From positions 1 through 46,498 of the forward strand of contig DAOWOP010000001.1 in assembly GCA_030642005.1 (NCBI GenBank): a stretch of DNA of 46,498 nt. The letters are read 5' to 3'. Source of the DNA: Planctomycetales bacterium. Its GTDB lineage: Bacteria; Planctomycetota; Phycisphaerae; SM23-33. A program made the translations under genes and the position numbers. Positions 1-9,964 of the stretch are shown here, piece by piece. The notes under the pieces are model-generated. The model was not told where the DNA came from and ran no database searches. It saw nothing but the letters and a program-made list of their open reading frames with translations. How positions within the stretch are numbered: the first letter of the stretch is position 1; each line of letters begins with the position of its first letter.

Positions 1-1199
1 ACGGTTCGACGCTATCTAACGACGCCTTTCCCTCACGCGAGTTTGACTTCATGCTCTCCAATCCTCCCTACGGCAAGAGTTGGAAGACCGATCTGGAACG
101 CATGGGCGGCAAGAAGGACATGACCGACCCGCGATTCATCATCGAGCACAACGGTGATCCAGAATACAGCCTTATCACCCGCTCCAGCGACGGCCAGCTC
201 ATGTTCCTGGTCAACAAACTCCAGAAAATGAAGCACAACACACCGCTGGGCAGCCGCATCGTCGAGGTCCACAACGGCTCATCGCTGTTCACAGGCGACG
301 CGGGCCAGGGCGAATCCAACATCCGCCGCTGGATCATCGAGAACGACTGGCTCGAAGCCATCATCGCGCTGCCGCTGAACATGTTCTACAACACCGGCAT
401 CGCCACCTACATCTGGGTGCTGACCAACCGCAAGCCGAAACATCGCAAGGGCAAGGTGCAACTCATCGACGCCACCGAGTTCTACCAACCGCTCCGCAAA
501 AACATGGGCGCGAAGAACTGCGAATTGGCTGCCGAGCATATCAAACAAATCTGCGATACGTTCCTTGCCTTCGAAGAAACCGAGCAGTCGAAGATATTCC
601 CCAACAAGGCCTTCGGATACTGGAAGATTCGTGTCGAGCACCCGCTGCGCCTGGTGATTCACGTTACGTCCGGCAATCTCGCCGCCTTCAAGAAGGATGC
701 GCCACAGAAGCTGCACAAAGCCGCCGACCTGCTCGCCGGGGTCGCGGGCGGCTCCAAGCCTCACCTGAACTTCAACGCGGTCCAGCAGCGGTTCAAGTCG
801 GCGATGAAGAAGGCGAACATCAAACTCCGTGCTCCAGACCTCAAGGCCCTCTACGCCGCCTTCACCTTCAAGGACGAGTTGGCCGAACCGGTGATTAAGA
901 AGAAGACCAAGGATGCCGCCGAGTACGAGCCTGACACTGATCTGCGCGATACCGAGCAGGTGCCATTGCTCGAAGAAGGCGGCATCGAGGCGTTCTTCCG
1001 CCGCGAAGTCCTGCCTCACGTCCCTGATGCCTGGATCGACCAGTCGGCCACAAAGATCGGCTACGAAATCTCCTTCACGCGCCATTTCTTCAAGCCGCCG
1101 GAGATGCGCCCCTTGGACGACATCAAGGCCGACTTGCTGGCGCTTCAAGAAGAAGGCGAGGGCCTGCTCGAAGAAATCGTGGGAGGGCAGCCGGCATGA
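1..1199 (+). CDS. hsdM: Type I R-M DNA methyltransferase subunit HsdM, C-terminal ~395 aa (5' end outside the window)
   Basis: Frame 3 is open from base 3 (GSTLSNDAFPSREFDFMLSNPPYG...). N6-adenine methyltransferase motif IV NPPYG is encoded at 60-74. The stop overlaps the next start (ATGA at 1196-1199), and hsdS and hsdR follow. Confidence 0.9.
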   Translation, partial: GSTLSNDAFPSREFDFMLSNPPYGKSWKTDLERMGGKKDMTDPRFIIEHNGDPEYSLITRSSDGQLMFLVNKLQKMKHNTPLGSRIVEVHNGSSLFTGDAGQGESNIRRWIIENDWLEAIIALPLNMFYNTGIATYIWVLTNRKPKHRKGKVQLIDATEFYQPLRKNMGAKNCELAAEHIKQICDTFLAFEETEQSKIFPNKAFGYWKIRVEHPLRLVIHVTSGNLAAFKKDAPQKLHKAADLLAGVAGGSKPHLNFNAVQQRFKSAMKKANIKLRAPDLKALYAAFTFKDELAEPVIKKKTKDAAEYEPDTDLRDTEQVPLLEEGGIEAFFRREVLPHVPDAWIDQSATKIGYEISFTRHFFKPPEMRPLDDIKADLLALQEEGEGLLEEIVGGQPA

Positions 1200-3118
1200 C
1201 CGATGATCTTCGCCCATATCCCGAATACAAGGACTCTGATGTGCCGTGGCTCGGTGAGACCCCTCGCCATTGGGGGCGAACGCATGGTGGAGCGGTCCTC
1301 CAGCAGAAGCGGGTCCGTAATCGTGGCATGATCGAGGACACCGTCCTCTCACTTAGCTATGGGCGGATCGTCATCAAGCCCCCTGAGAAACTCCACGGCC
1401 TTGTGCCGGAGTCTTTTGAGACGTACCAGATCGTCGATCCAGGCGACATCATCATTCGGCCAACGGATCTTCAAAACGACTGGAACACCATTCGTGTCGG
1501 CATCGTCAAGGGTCGAGGCATCATCACCTCGGCGTATCTGTGCTTCCGCACCCGCGAGCCGCTCACCGCCGAGTACGCGCACCTGCTCCTACTCGGTTAT
1601 GACCTCAAGAAGATCTTCTACGGCATGGGGTCAGGTCTCCGCCAGAACCTCGACTGGTCAGACTTCAAGCGCCTGCCGATTTTGCTGCCTCCACCTGAGG
1701 AGCAGAGGGCCATCGTCACCTACGTGAATCGGTTGGATCTACAGGTGCGCCAATTCATCCATAACCGGCGGCGGCTGATCGAAGTGTTGAACGAGCGGAA
1801 GCAAGCCATCACCCACCGCGCTGTCACCGGGGGCCTCGTTCCCGATGTCCATCTCAAACCCTCCGGTGTCGAGTGGCTCGGCGACGTACCGGAACATTGG
1901 GAGGTAACACCTGGTCGAAATTGCTTTTTTGAGAAGAAACAAACGAATGTTGGACTAATGGAATCGACTGTTTTGTCGTTGAGCTATGGCAATATTGTAA
2001 TCAGGCCAGAAGAGAAGCTGCATGGGCTTGTTCCAGCGTCATTCGAAACCTACCAGATTGTAGAGTCGGGCGACATTATTTGTCGTCCCACTGACCTGCA
2101 GAATGACAAGAAAAGCCTTCGCTTCGGTTTCTCCAAACATCGTGGCATTATCACGTCCGCATATCTATGTTTCAGAACAAGTTCCAGAATAGATAGTTAT
2201 TTCGCATATCTGCTTCTTCATACATACGACCTGAAGAAGATAATCTACCGTCTTGGCTCTGGCCTTCGTCAGAATCTTGCGTGGGGTGATTTCAAGAGTT
2301 TGCCTTGCCTACTCCCACCGCTCTCCGAGCAAACCGCAATCGTCGAGTATCTCGAAAAAACGACCGCTGATATTGACACCGCCATCAACCGCGCCCACCG
2401 CGAAATCGGCCTGATCCGCGAATACCGCACGCGGCTAATTGCCGACGTGGTAACAGGCAAGGTGGACGTGCGGCAAGTCTCTGCGATGACAGCAACATCA
2501 ACTGCGACTGAGGCCAAGCCAGCCCAACCCAAGCGCACCGCGAACGTTTACTTCCGCCGGTCAGTGTTTGCCGCCGAAATTGTACAGCGTCTCCACGAAG
2601 AACCGACCTTCGGTCATGTAAAATTCGAGAAACTGATTTTCCTGTGTGAGAAGCAGTGTGGCGTGGACACCGGATCGACGTACCATCGGCAGGCCGCGGG
2701 ACCATATGACAATCGCGCGCTTCGATCCATCGACAGCCAGATGGAGAAGCAGAAATGGTACGCCGCTCAGCAGGTCGAAGGGCGCTACCAGTATGTTCCC
2801 TTGGCCAAAGCGGGCGGCCACAAGACGTACTTCGACCGGTACTTCGCAAATGTTGAATGGGAGTTCTCGAACATCATTGAGACCTTCCGCACACTGAACA
2901 CACAACGGTGCGAGATTGTCGCCACGTTGTATGCCGTATGGGAAGACCTGCTGGCGCAGAGCGACAACGTTACGGGCGACCAAATCGTCGAACAAGTACT
3001 CCACCACTGGCACCCATCTAAGCAAGAGGTCGATGAGAATCGGTGGCGGCAGGCGATTGGCTGGATGAGGAAGAAGGGCTTGACGCCCAAGACTGGGGGC
3101 TCCGATGCCGACGACTGA
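1196..3118 (+). CDS. hsdS: Type I R-M specificity subunit HsdS with two near-identical target-recognition domains and an extra ~200-aa C-terminal domain
   Basis: There are two TRD-like halves (LSLSYGRIVIKPPEKLHGLVPESFETYQIV... and LSLSYGNIVIRPEEKLHGLVPASFETYQIV...). Each is followed by the conserved HsdS helical spacer (LPPPEEQRAIVTYV..., LPPLSEQTAIVEYL...REYRTRLIADVVTGKVDV). At 640 aa it is much longer than a typical HsdS. It overlaps hsdM (ATGA) and hsdR. Confidence 0.85.
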   Translation: MTDDLRPYPEYKDSDVPWLGETPRHWGRTHGGAVLQQKRVRNRGMIEDTVLSLSYGRIVIKPPEKLHGLVPESFETYQIVDPGDIIIRPTDLQNDWNTIRVGIVKGRGIITSAYLCFRTREPLTAEYAHLLLLGYDLKKIFYGMGSGLRQNLDWSDFKRLPILLPPPEEQRAIVTYVNRLDLQVRQFIHNRRRLIEVLNERKQAITHRAVTGGLVPDVHLKPSGVEWLGDVPEHWEVTPGRNCFFEKKQTNVGLMESTVLSLSYGNIVIRPEEKLHGLVPASFETYQIVESGDIICRPTDLQNDKKSLRFGFSKHRGIITSAYLCFRTSSRIDSYFAYLLLHTYDLKKIIYRLGSGLRQNLAWGDFKSLPCLLPPLSEQTAIVEYLEKTTADIDTAINRAHREIGLIREYRTRLIADVVTGKVDVRQVSAMTATSTATEAKPAQPKRTANVYFRRSVFAAEIVQRLHEEPTFGHVKFEKLIFLCEKQCGVDTGSTYHRQAAGPYDNRALRSIDSQMEKQKWYAAQQVEGRYQYVPLAKAGGHKTYFDRYFANVEWEFSNIIETFRTLNTQRCEIVATLYAVWEDLLAQSDNVTGDQIVEQVLHHWHPSKQEVDENRWRQAIGWMRKKGLTPKTGGSDADD

Positions 3119-6050
3119 CACATCCGAGAAAGGCCTGGAGACTTTGATCGTCGAGTCACTCGTGAACGAGGCCGGCTACGAACAAGGTCTGCCCGACGAC
3201 TACGACCGCGACCACGCAGTTGACCTGGCGAAGATGCTGGCATTCCTGGCGGCCACACAGCCGAAGGCAGTCGAGGCGCTGGGCCTGGCCGAGGACGGGC
3301 CGAAGCGGACACAGTTCCTTCATCGCCTTCAGGGCGAAATCGCCAAGCGCGGCGTGATTGATATTTTACGGAATGGCGTTAAGCATGGGCCGGTGAGCGT
3401 GGAGATGTTCTACGCCGCGCCCACGCCGGGGAATACAAAGGCAGAGCAGTTATTCGCAGCCAACATTTTCAGCGTTACTCGCCAGCTTCGTTACAGCAAG
3501 GATGAGACGCAGTTGTCGCTGGATTTGTGTGTGTTCATCAACGGCTTGCCTATCGCCACATTCGAACTCAAGAACTCTCTGACCAAGCAGACGGTTGCTG
3601 ATGCGGTGCAACAATACAAGCGGGACCGCAACCCCAAGGAACTGCTCTTTGCATTCGGGCGGTGCATGGTGCACTTCGCCGTGGACGACCAAGAAGTGCG
3701 GATGTGTACGCACCTTCAGGGCAAGCACTCGTGGTTCCTGCCGTTCGACATCGGTTGGAATGATGGAGCCGGTAACCCGCCGAACCCGACCGGCCTGAAG
3801 ACGGACTACCTTTGGAAGCAGGTCCTGACCAAGGCCAGGCTGACGGACATTATCGAGAACTACGCCCAAGCCGTGGAGGAGAAGGACGACAAGGGCAGGA
3901 AGAAACGCAAGCAGATATTCCCGCGTTACCACCAGCTTGACGTGGTGCGGAAACTACTGGCCGACGCAGAGGCCGGCGGGGCCGGCAAGCGATACTTGAT
4001 CGAGCACTCAGCCGGCAGCGGCAAGAGTAACTCCATCGCATGGCTGGCCCATCAATTGATTGGCCTAGAGAACCGTGGGAAGGCGATCTTCGATTCCATC
4101 ATCGTCGTTACGGATCGGCGGGTGCTGGACAAGCAGATTCGGGACACGATTAAGCAGTTTGCACAAGTCTCGGCCGTTGTAGGGGCCGTCACCGAGGGAG
4201 CCAAGCAGCTTCGGAATTTCATTCAACAAGGCAAGAAGATTATCATCTCGACGGTCCAGAAGTTCCCATTCATCCTGGACGAGATCGGTGACGAGCATCG
4301 CGGACGGAAGTTCGCCATCATTATCGACGAGGCCCATTCCAGCCAAGGCGGCCGGACCTCAGCGAAGATGAACATAGCACTATCGGAGACCGGCGGCGAG
4401 GAAGAGGAAGAAACCACCGAAGACAAGATTAACCGCATCATGGAGTCGCGGAAGATGCTCACCAACGCGAGTTACTTCGCTTTTACCGCGACACCGAAGA
4501 ACAAGACGCTGGAGATATTCGGCGAGCCGTACCGGGAAGGCGATAAGACCCGGCATCGGCCATTCCACTGCTACACGATGAAGCAGGCCATCCAGGAAGG
4601 CTTCATATTAGACGTGCTGAAGAACTACACGCCGGTCGAAAGCTATTACCGCCTGATGAAGACGGTGCCCGACGACCCGGAGTTCGATACGAAAAAGGCT
4701 ACGAAGAAGCTCCGCCGATACGTCGAATCGCATGAGCATGCGATCCGGCAGAAGGCGGAGATCATGGTTGATCACTTCCATAACCATGTGCTGGCCCGCA
4801 GGAAAATTACCGGGCAGGCGCGGGCTATGGTGGTCACTAGCGGAATTCGGCGGGCGATCCAGTATTATCACGCGTTCGTGGATTACCTTCGGGAACGAAA
4901 GATCCCGTACAAGGCTATCGTGGCGTTTTCCGGCGAGCACGAGTATGGCGGGCAGAAAGTAACCGAGGCATCGCTGAACGGTTTTCCGAGCAGCCAGATC
5001 GTGAAGAAGTTTCAGCAGGAGCCGTATCGCTTCCTCATCGTGGCGGACAAGTTCCAGACCGGCTACGACGAGCCGCTGCTACACACGATGTACGTGGACA
5101 AAATCCTCTCCGGCATCAAGGCTGTGCAGACGCTGTCGCGTCTCAACCGTGCCGATCCTCGCAAGCACGATACGTTTGTGTTGGACTTCATGAACGACGC
5201 CGACACCATCGAGGCGGCCTTCGCGGACTACTACCGCACGACTATCCTCAGCGAGGAGACAGACCCGAATAAATTGCACGACCTAAAGGCTGCGCTGGAC
5301 AGACGCCAGGTTTATGCCTGGCCACAGGTGGAAAATCTGGCCGAGTTGTATCTCGACGGAGCAGACCGGGACAATCTGGACCCGATTCTTGATGCGTGCG
5401 TGGCCGTCTATAATGCCGATCTGGACGAGGACGGACAGGTTGATTTCAAAGGCAAGGCCAAGGCGTTCTGTCGGACATACGGCTTTCTCGCGTCGATCTT
5501 GCCGTACACGAACGCAGATTGGGAGAAGCTGTCAATCTTCCTGAACTTTCTGATTCCCAAGCTGCCAGCACCAATCGAGGAAGATTTGGCTAAGGGAATC
5601 CTGGAGGCCATCGACATGGATAGCTATCGCGTCGAGGTTCAGGCGGCGATGGAGATCGCTCTGCCGGATGATGATGGCCAAGTCGGACCAGTGCCGACAA
5701 GCGGTGGAGGCCGTAAGCCGGAACCCGAACTGGACGCACTCAGCAACATCATCAAGGCCTTTAACGACCAGTTCGGCAACATCGAGTGGAAGGATAAGGA
5801 TAGAATTCGCAAAGTCATCAGCGAGGAGATTCCCGCGAAGGTGGCAGCCGACAAGGCCTACCAGAACGCGATGAAGAACTCGGATAAAGCCGCCGCCCGA
5901 CTTGAGCATGACAAAGCGCTCCAGAAAGTCGTCATTGAATTGCTTTCCGACCATACGGAGCTTTTTAAGCAGTTCAGCGATAATCCCAGTTTCAAGAAAT
6001 GGCTGGCGGACACGATCTTCGGTGTCACCTATGAGGGTGACGCTGCGTAA
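3105..6050 (+). CDS. hsdR: Type I restriction enzyme R subunit HsdR (nuclease plus SF2 helicase/translocase)
   Basis: N-terminal PD-(D/E)xK-like motif (DLCVFINGLPIATFELKNS), helicase motif I (HSAGSGKSNS) and DEAH box (IIIDEAHSSQ). It is 981 aa and sits directly after hsdM and hsdS. Confidence 0.92.
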   Translation: MPTTDTSEKGLETLIVESLVNEAGYEQGLPDDYDRDHAVDLAKMLAFLAATQPKAVEALGLAEDGPKRTQFLHRLQGEIAKRGVIDILRNGVKHGPVSVEMFYAAPTPGNTKAEQLFAANIFSVTRQLRYSKDETQLSLDLCVFINGLPIATFELKNSLTKQTVADAVQQYKRDRNPKELLFAFGRCMVHFAVDDQEVRMCTHLQGKHSWFLPFDIGWNDGAGNPPNPTGLKTDYLWKQVLTKARLTDIIENYAQAVEEKDDKGRKKRKQIFPRYHQLDVVRKLLADAEAGGAGKRYLIEHSAGSGKSNSIAWLAHQLIGLENRGKAIFDSIIVVTDRRVLDKQIRDTIKQFAQVSAVVGAVTEGAKQLRNFIQQGKKIIISTVQKFPFILDEIGDEHRGRKFAIIIDEAHSSQGGRTSAKMNIALSETGGEEEEETTEDKINRIMESRKMLTNASYFAFTATPKNKTLEIFGEPYREGDKTRHRPFHCYTMKQAIQEGFILDVLKNYTPVESYYRLMKTVPDDPEFDTKKATKKLRRYVESHEHAIRQKAEIMVDHFHNHVLARRKITGQARAMVVTSGIRRAIQYYHAFVDYLRERKIPYKAIVAFSGEHEYGGQKVTEASLNGFPSSQIVKKFQQEPYRFLIVADKFQTGYDEPLLHTMYVDKILSGIKAVQTLSRLNRADPRKHDTFVLDFMNDADTIEAAFADYYRTTILSEETDPNKLHDLKAALDRRQVYAWPQVENLAELYLDGADRDNLDPILDACVAVYNADLDEDGQVDFKGKAKAFCRTYGFLASILPYTNADWEKLSIFLNFLIPKLPAPIEEDLAKGILEAIDMDSYRVEVQAAMEIALPDDDGQVGPVPTSGGGRKPEPELDALSNIIKAFNDQFGNIEWKDKDRIRKVISEEIPAKVAADKAYQNAMKNSDKAAARLEHDKALQKVVIELLSDHTELFKQFSDNPSFKKWLADTIFGVTYEGDAA

Positions 6051-6117
6051 ACAGAAGTGTTACCGTAAAGAAGCGAACGTCGAACGGACGATAATGGACT
6101 ATTTGGACACACGTTAG

Positions 6118-7476
6118 GTGTGGCATGGAGAATCGGGCGTGATTGTAGCAACGCCACAACATGATGAGCAGCTTCGAGGTAGGCTTGAAGCGCTAACAGA
6201 ACACGACCGGGACTACTGGTCGTTTAGGGGCAATTCACGCCGAGAGTATGGCCATGGACTTTTTCAGTACCCAGCCATGATGGTACCGCAAGTAGCCCGC
6301 GCCGTTCTCAAAGAAGCCTGCGCTGTTCACCCCGAAATCGAGCGAGCAGGCGATCCATTTTCGGGATCGGGAACAATCCTGACCGAAAGCATGATGCGCG
6401 GTCTTGCATTTTTTGGGACAGATATTAATCCCTTGGCGGCACGGCTGTGTCGGGTTAAGAGCGGGCCGTTCTTCGTTGAGGCATTGGGGCAGAAGGCTAG
6501 TGAAGTCGTTGCTCATATCGATGGTGATAAACGGTGGGCTGTTGAGGCCAATTTCATGAACCGGGACAAGTGGTTCCGAAGGGACGCACAAGTTGCACTG
6601 TCGAAGGTCCGTCGAGCGATTCGTCTCGAAAAATCGGCATGGGCTCGTAGATTCTTCTGGGTCGCTTTGGCCGAAACCGTTCGAGCCACAAGCAACTCTC
6701 GCACATCAACCTTCAAGCTGCACATTCGGACGCAAGAGGAAGTGGAAGGACGCGACCTCGACCCGATTGGTGTCTTCAAAAAAGTGGTTGTCCGCAATGT
6801 TCAGCACTTGAAGGACCAGGCCAGCCAACTGTCGGAAGCAGGCCAACTTGTGCGCGGTCATTACCAGCAAGACATAACCGTATCGCTTGACGATATTCGG
6901 CAAAGCACGGATCAGCCCCTGTGCGACATCATTGTAACTTCGCCACCGTACGGAGATAATGCAACCACTGTTCCCTATGGCCAGTACTCATACCTGCCAC
7001 TTCAGTGGATCGATCTTGAAGACATCGGAACAAACGTGGACGCTGGCTGTCTAGCATCGACTCACGAGATCGATACGCGAAGCCTCGGCGGTAGTAAGCG
7101 AGTGAAGAAGGCAGAGCCTGATCAGATCAAGGAGCGATCTCCAGCATTTGCGAGATACATCGGGAGCCTCAAGGATCAACCACGAGATCGCGCACAGCGG
7201 GTAACCGCCTTCTTCCGCGACTTGGACGGGTGCCTTGATCCGATTCTCAAGAGTCTGCGTTCTGGCGGTCTCATGGTTTGGACGCTGGGGAACCGGAAAG
7301 TTGGGGGGAAACGGGTTCCTTTGGATAAGATTCTTGCGGAATTGCTTTCGGCCCATGGTGCAAGACTGCTATGCAAGCTGACGAGGAAAATATCCTCAAA
7401 ACGCATGGCACTCAAGAACAATATCGCAGACACGATGTCGAGCGAAGCAATCCTGGTGATGCGGAAGGCAGTGTAA
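6118..7476 (+). CDS. DNA methyltransferase (N6-adenine or N4-cytosine class), orphan-like, first gene of a coupled triad
   Basis: SAM-binding motif I DPFSGSGTI, catalytic motif IV TSPPYGD about 195 aa downstream, and a YPAMMVP element near the N-terminus. The ORF-track start is GTG at 6118. GTG at 6139 has a better RBS (GGAGAA at 6127-6132). The stop is 1 nt before the next start. Confidence 0.75.
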   Translation: MWHGESGVIVATPQHDEQLRGRLEALTEHDRDYWSFRGNSRREYGHGLFQYPAMMVPQVARAVLKEACAVHPEIERAGDPFSGSGTILTESMMRGLAFFGTDINPLAARLCRVKSGPFFVEALGQKASEVVAHIDGDKRWAVEANFMNRDKWFRRDAQVALSKVRRAIRLEKSAWARRFFWVALAETVRATSNSRTSTFKLHIRTQEEVEGRDLDPIGVFKKVVVRNVQHLKDQASQLSEAGQLVRGHYQQDITVSLDDIRQSTDQPLCDIIVTSPPYGDNATTVPYGQYSYLPLQWIDLEDIGTNVDAGCLASTHEIDTRSLGGSKRVKKAEPDQIKERSPAFARYIGSLKDQPRDRAQRVTAFFRDLDGCLDPILKSLRSGGLMVWTLGNRKVGGKRVPLDKILAELLSAHGARLLCKLTRKISSKRMALKNNIADTMSSEAILVMRKAV

Positions 7477-7477
7477 T

Positions 7478-9964
7478 ATGGCGAAGGATAAGAAATCACA
7501 TTTTGAGGTGCATCCCTCTGTTGTGTATCAGCTCGGCGAGAGCCTAATCAGTGATGCCGTTCAGGCGTTAATCGAGCTTGTAAAGAACTGCTATGATGCC
7601 GATGCCACCTACGCCAAGATCACAATCGATACGCAGGGGGCAGTGGAGGTCGCCGGAGCCCTCTACCCTTCAGAAGGGGGCCGAATTATCGTCGAAGACG
7701 ATGGTTACGGGATGGACCTGGAGGATGTCGAGTCGGGCTGGCTGACGATCTCGAACAGAAAGAAGCGTGACCTAAAACAGGCCAAGAAGACCACTCCTGG
7801 TGGGCGCACACCTCTTGGCGACAAAGGACTGGGACGACTTGGCGTACAGCGTCTCGGCGACAGCCTGGAAATATTCACGAAGTCCAAGAAGGAGTCGGGA
7901 TACCATTTTGGCTTCTCCTGGCTTGACTTCGAGACTGCGCCAAAGCTTGAAAACGTTGATATCCATCTTGCCAAGATCAAGTATCCTCGGTCGTATGGAA
8001 CGAAGGTGGTTGTTTCGGGCCTTCGGGAACCCAAGTTCTGGCAAGGTCAACCCGCAATCAAACGCCTTGAGCAAGAGCTCTCGCGGATGATCTCTCCGTA
8101 CAAGCAAATCCGTGATTTCATGGTGGTCGTTGAAGTGGACGGAAAGCCGCTTGAGTTACTCGAGATCAGCGACAAGGTTCGTAGGATCGCTCCGATTCGG
8201 TACAGCCTCGTATTTGATGGAACGAATTTAGTCGTTCATGGTCGAACTCGACTGGACTTCTTCAGGCCATCGTCACCAAGGGAGTCCGAACAGTTTGCAT
8301 TGATCGCTGAATCGGATGGTGGCCAGGCATTCTATAAGTTTCTCGAAGGGCATAAGCTTGCAAAGATCATTGGTCTGGGCCAGTCACGTGCAAAGCAATG
8401 GTATTGCGAGTTTCACTGGCAGAAGGCTTTGGGCGATCTCGACAAGGTAGAGCGTGAGAGTTCCGATGACGGGAACGTGGCAAACCCAGGACCGTTCACA
8501 GGAGAAGTGGATTCTTTCAATCTTGGCACCTCTTCGTTTCAGCAGCAATCCGTCTTTGATCGCATCAGCGAATATCGTCGTCACATCAAGGAATTAAGCG
8601 GCATTCGTGTGTATCGAGATGGATTCGCAATCAGAGTCGATCACGACTGGCTCAAGTTGGGTGCGCAGTGGACATCGGCAACATCCTACTATGGCCTAAA
8701 GCCGGACAATACACTCGGATACATTGCCCTTTCTGCTCGGGACAACATAGAGTTGGAGGAGACAACAGACCGCGAAGGCTTCAAGGACTCACCTTACTAC
8801 CGAAACTTCTATGCTCTGCTGGAGGAGTTCAAGAAGTTTACGACAATTGCTCACGACTTTTTCGGTCGCTCCTGGGCGGAGTTTCGCAAAAAGCGAAATG
8901 AGGAATTGGCACGGGTTGATGCGCGGAAAACGGTAGAGAATATCTCCCAAACGATAAAGAAAGGACTTGCTGAGGCACCAACGCACCAGAAGAGCCTTGA
9001 TGCGCTGACGGCAAGGCTCAGCGCCAGCACATCGGCGTCAAAGGCAGTTGTCTCTGGGCTGCAATCGGCAAAGGAGATAACGCCGGAACTCCGGAAGAAG
9101 GTCACAGAGGCCCTGTCTGCTTTGGAACCGCTCCTTGAAGAAGCCAAGGGTGTGATAGGACGGTTGTCTGCGTACCTCGAAGAGGTGGGAGCCCTGCGGG
9201 GCATGGGGCAAGTGCTGGAAGACCGCGTTGATGGCTTGCGACGACAGATGGACGACATGTACGAGACGGTCGCACTGGGGCTGACGGCCGAAGCGTTATC
9301 TCATGAGGTATTCAATGTGGCCGACCAACTTGCTAAGCGAACTAAATCGGCGCAGACCACATTGAGGAAGAAAGGCATTACAGACCGCCCCATCCTTGCC
9401 TTTATCGAGTACGTCCACTCGGCCGTCATGGCTCTCCGTAAACAGATGTCCTATTTGTCGCCGTCGTTGCGATATGTGCGTGAGCAACGGCACGACATCA
9501 ACATCCGCGAGTTCTTGGCTGATATTGCAGAGTTTTACGCCGAGCGATTGGCCAAGAACAACATATCGATACGAGTCGAATGCGCAGATGATGCGCTCTT
9601 CGTCATTCGTATGAATAAGGGCAAACTGACGCAGGTTATAGACAATTTCGTCCTGAACAGCGAGTACTGGCTTAAAGAGGACATCACGCAAAAGCGACAA
9701 TCGTCCGGCATAATCTTTCTTGATATTGCCCGCCCATTTCTTCGAATCTACGACAATGGCAGCGGTATCGATCCCAACGTAGAAGACGCGATCTTCGAGC
9801 CGTTTATTTCAGCGAAGGCAAAGGGGCAAGGACGCGGTCTTGGGCTATTTATCGTGAAGCAGTTGCTGGATTCCGAGGGCTGCAGCGTAGGACTGCTTCC
9901 AGATCGCAACAAGCGCCGGCGAATGTTCAAGTTCCAGATCGACCTCCGGGGGGCACTTGCATGA
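7478..9964 (+). CDS. Dual GHKL-fold ATPase: N-terminal MORC/Hsp90-like ATPase module fused to a C-terminal histidine-kinase-like (DHp plus HATPase_c) module
   Basis: N-terminal N-box ELVKNCYDADA, G1 box VEDDGYGM and G2 box GDKGLGRLG. C-terminal H-box-like ALSHEVFNV, then NFVLNSEYW ... YDNGSGIDPNVEDAIFEPF ... GQGRGLGLFIVKQL. No transmembrane segments are evident. Confidence 0.7.
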   Translation: MAKDKKSHFEVHPSVVYQLGESLISDAVQALIELVKNCYDADATYAKITIDTQGAVEVAGALYPSEGGRIIVEDDGYGMDLEDVESGWLTISNRKKRDLKQAKKTTPGGRTPLGDKGLGRLGVQRLGDSLEIFTKSKKESGYHFGFSWLDFETAPKLENVDIHLAKIKYPRSYGTKVVVSGLREPKFWQGQPAIKRLEQELSRMISPYKQIRDFMVVVEVDGKPLELLEISDKVRRIAPIRYSLVFDGTNLVVHGRTRLDFFRPSSPRESEQFALIAESDGGQAFYKFLEGHKLAKIIGLGQSRAKQWYCEFHWQKALGDLDKVERESSDDGNVANPGPFTGEVDSFNLGTSSFQQQSVFDRISEYRRHIKELSGIRVYRDGFAIRVDHDWLKLGAQWTSATSYYGLKPDNTLGYIALSARDNIELEETTDREGFKDSPYYRNFYALLEEFKKFTTIAHDFFGRSWAEFRKKRNEELARVDARKTVENISQTIKKGLAEAPTHQKSLDALTARLSASTSASKAVVSGLQSAKEITPELRKKVTEALSALEPLLEEAKGVIGRLSAYLEEVGALRGMGQVLEDRVDGLRRQMDDMYETVALGLTAEALSHEVFNVADQLAKRTKSAQTTLRKKGITDRPILAFIEYVHSAVMALRKQMSYLSPSLRYVREQRHDINIREFLADIAEFYAERLAKNNISIRVECADDALFVIRMNKGKLTQVIDNFVLNSEYWLKEDITQKRQSSGIIFLDIARPFLRIYDNGSGIDPNVEDAIFEPFISAKAKGQGRGLGLFIVKQLLDSEGCSVGLLPDRNKRRRMFKFQIDLRGALA

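Noticed and set aside
279-1352. 357-aa ORF on the minus strand
   Set aside because: It lies entirely antisense to the well-supported hsdM/hsdS genes. Its composition is Arg/Gly/Leu-rich, typical of antisense frames in GC-rich DNA, and it has no motifs.
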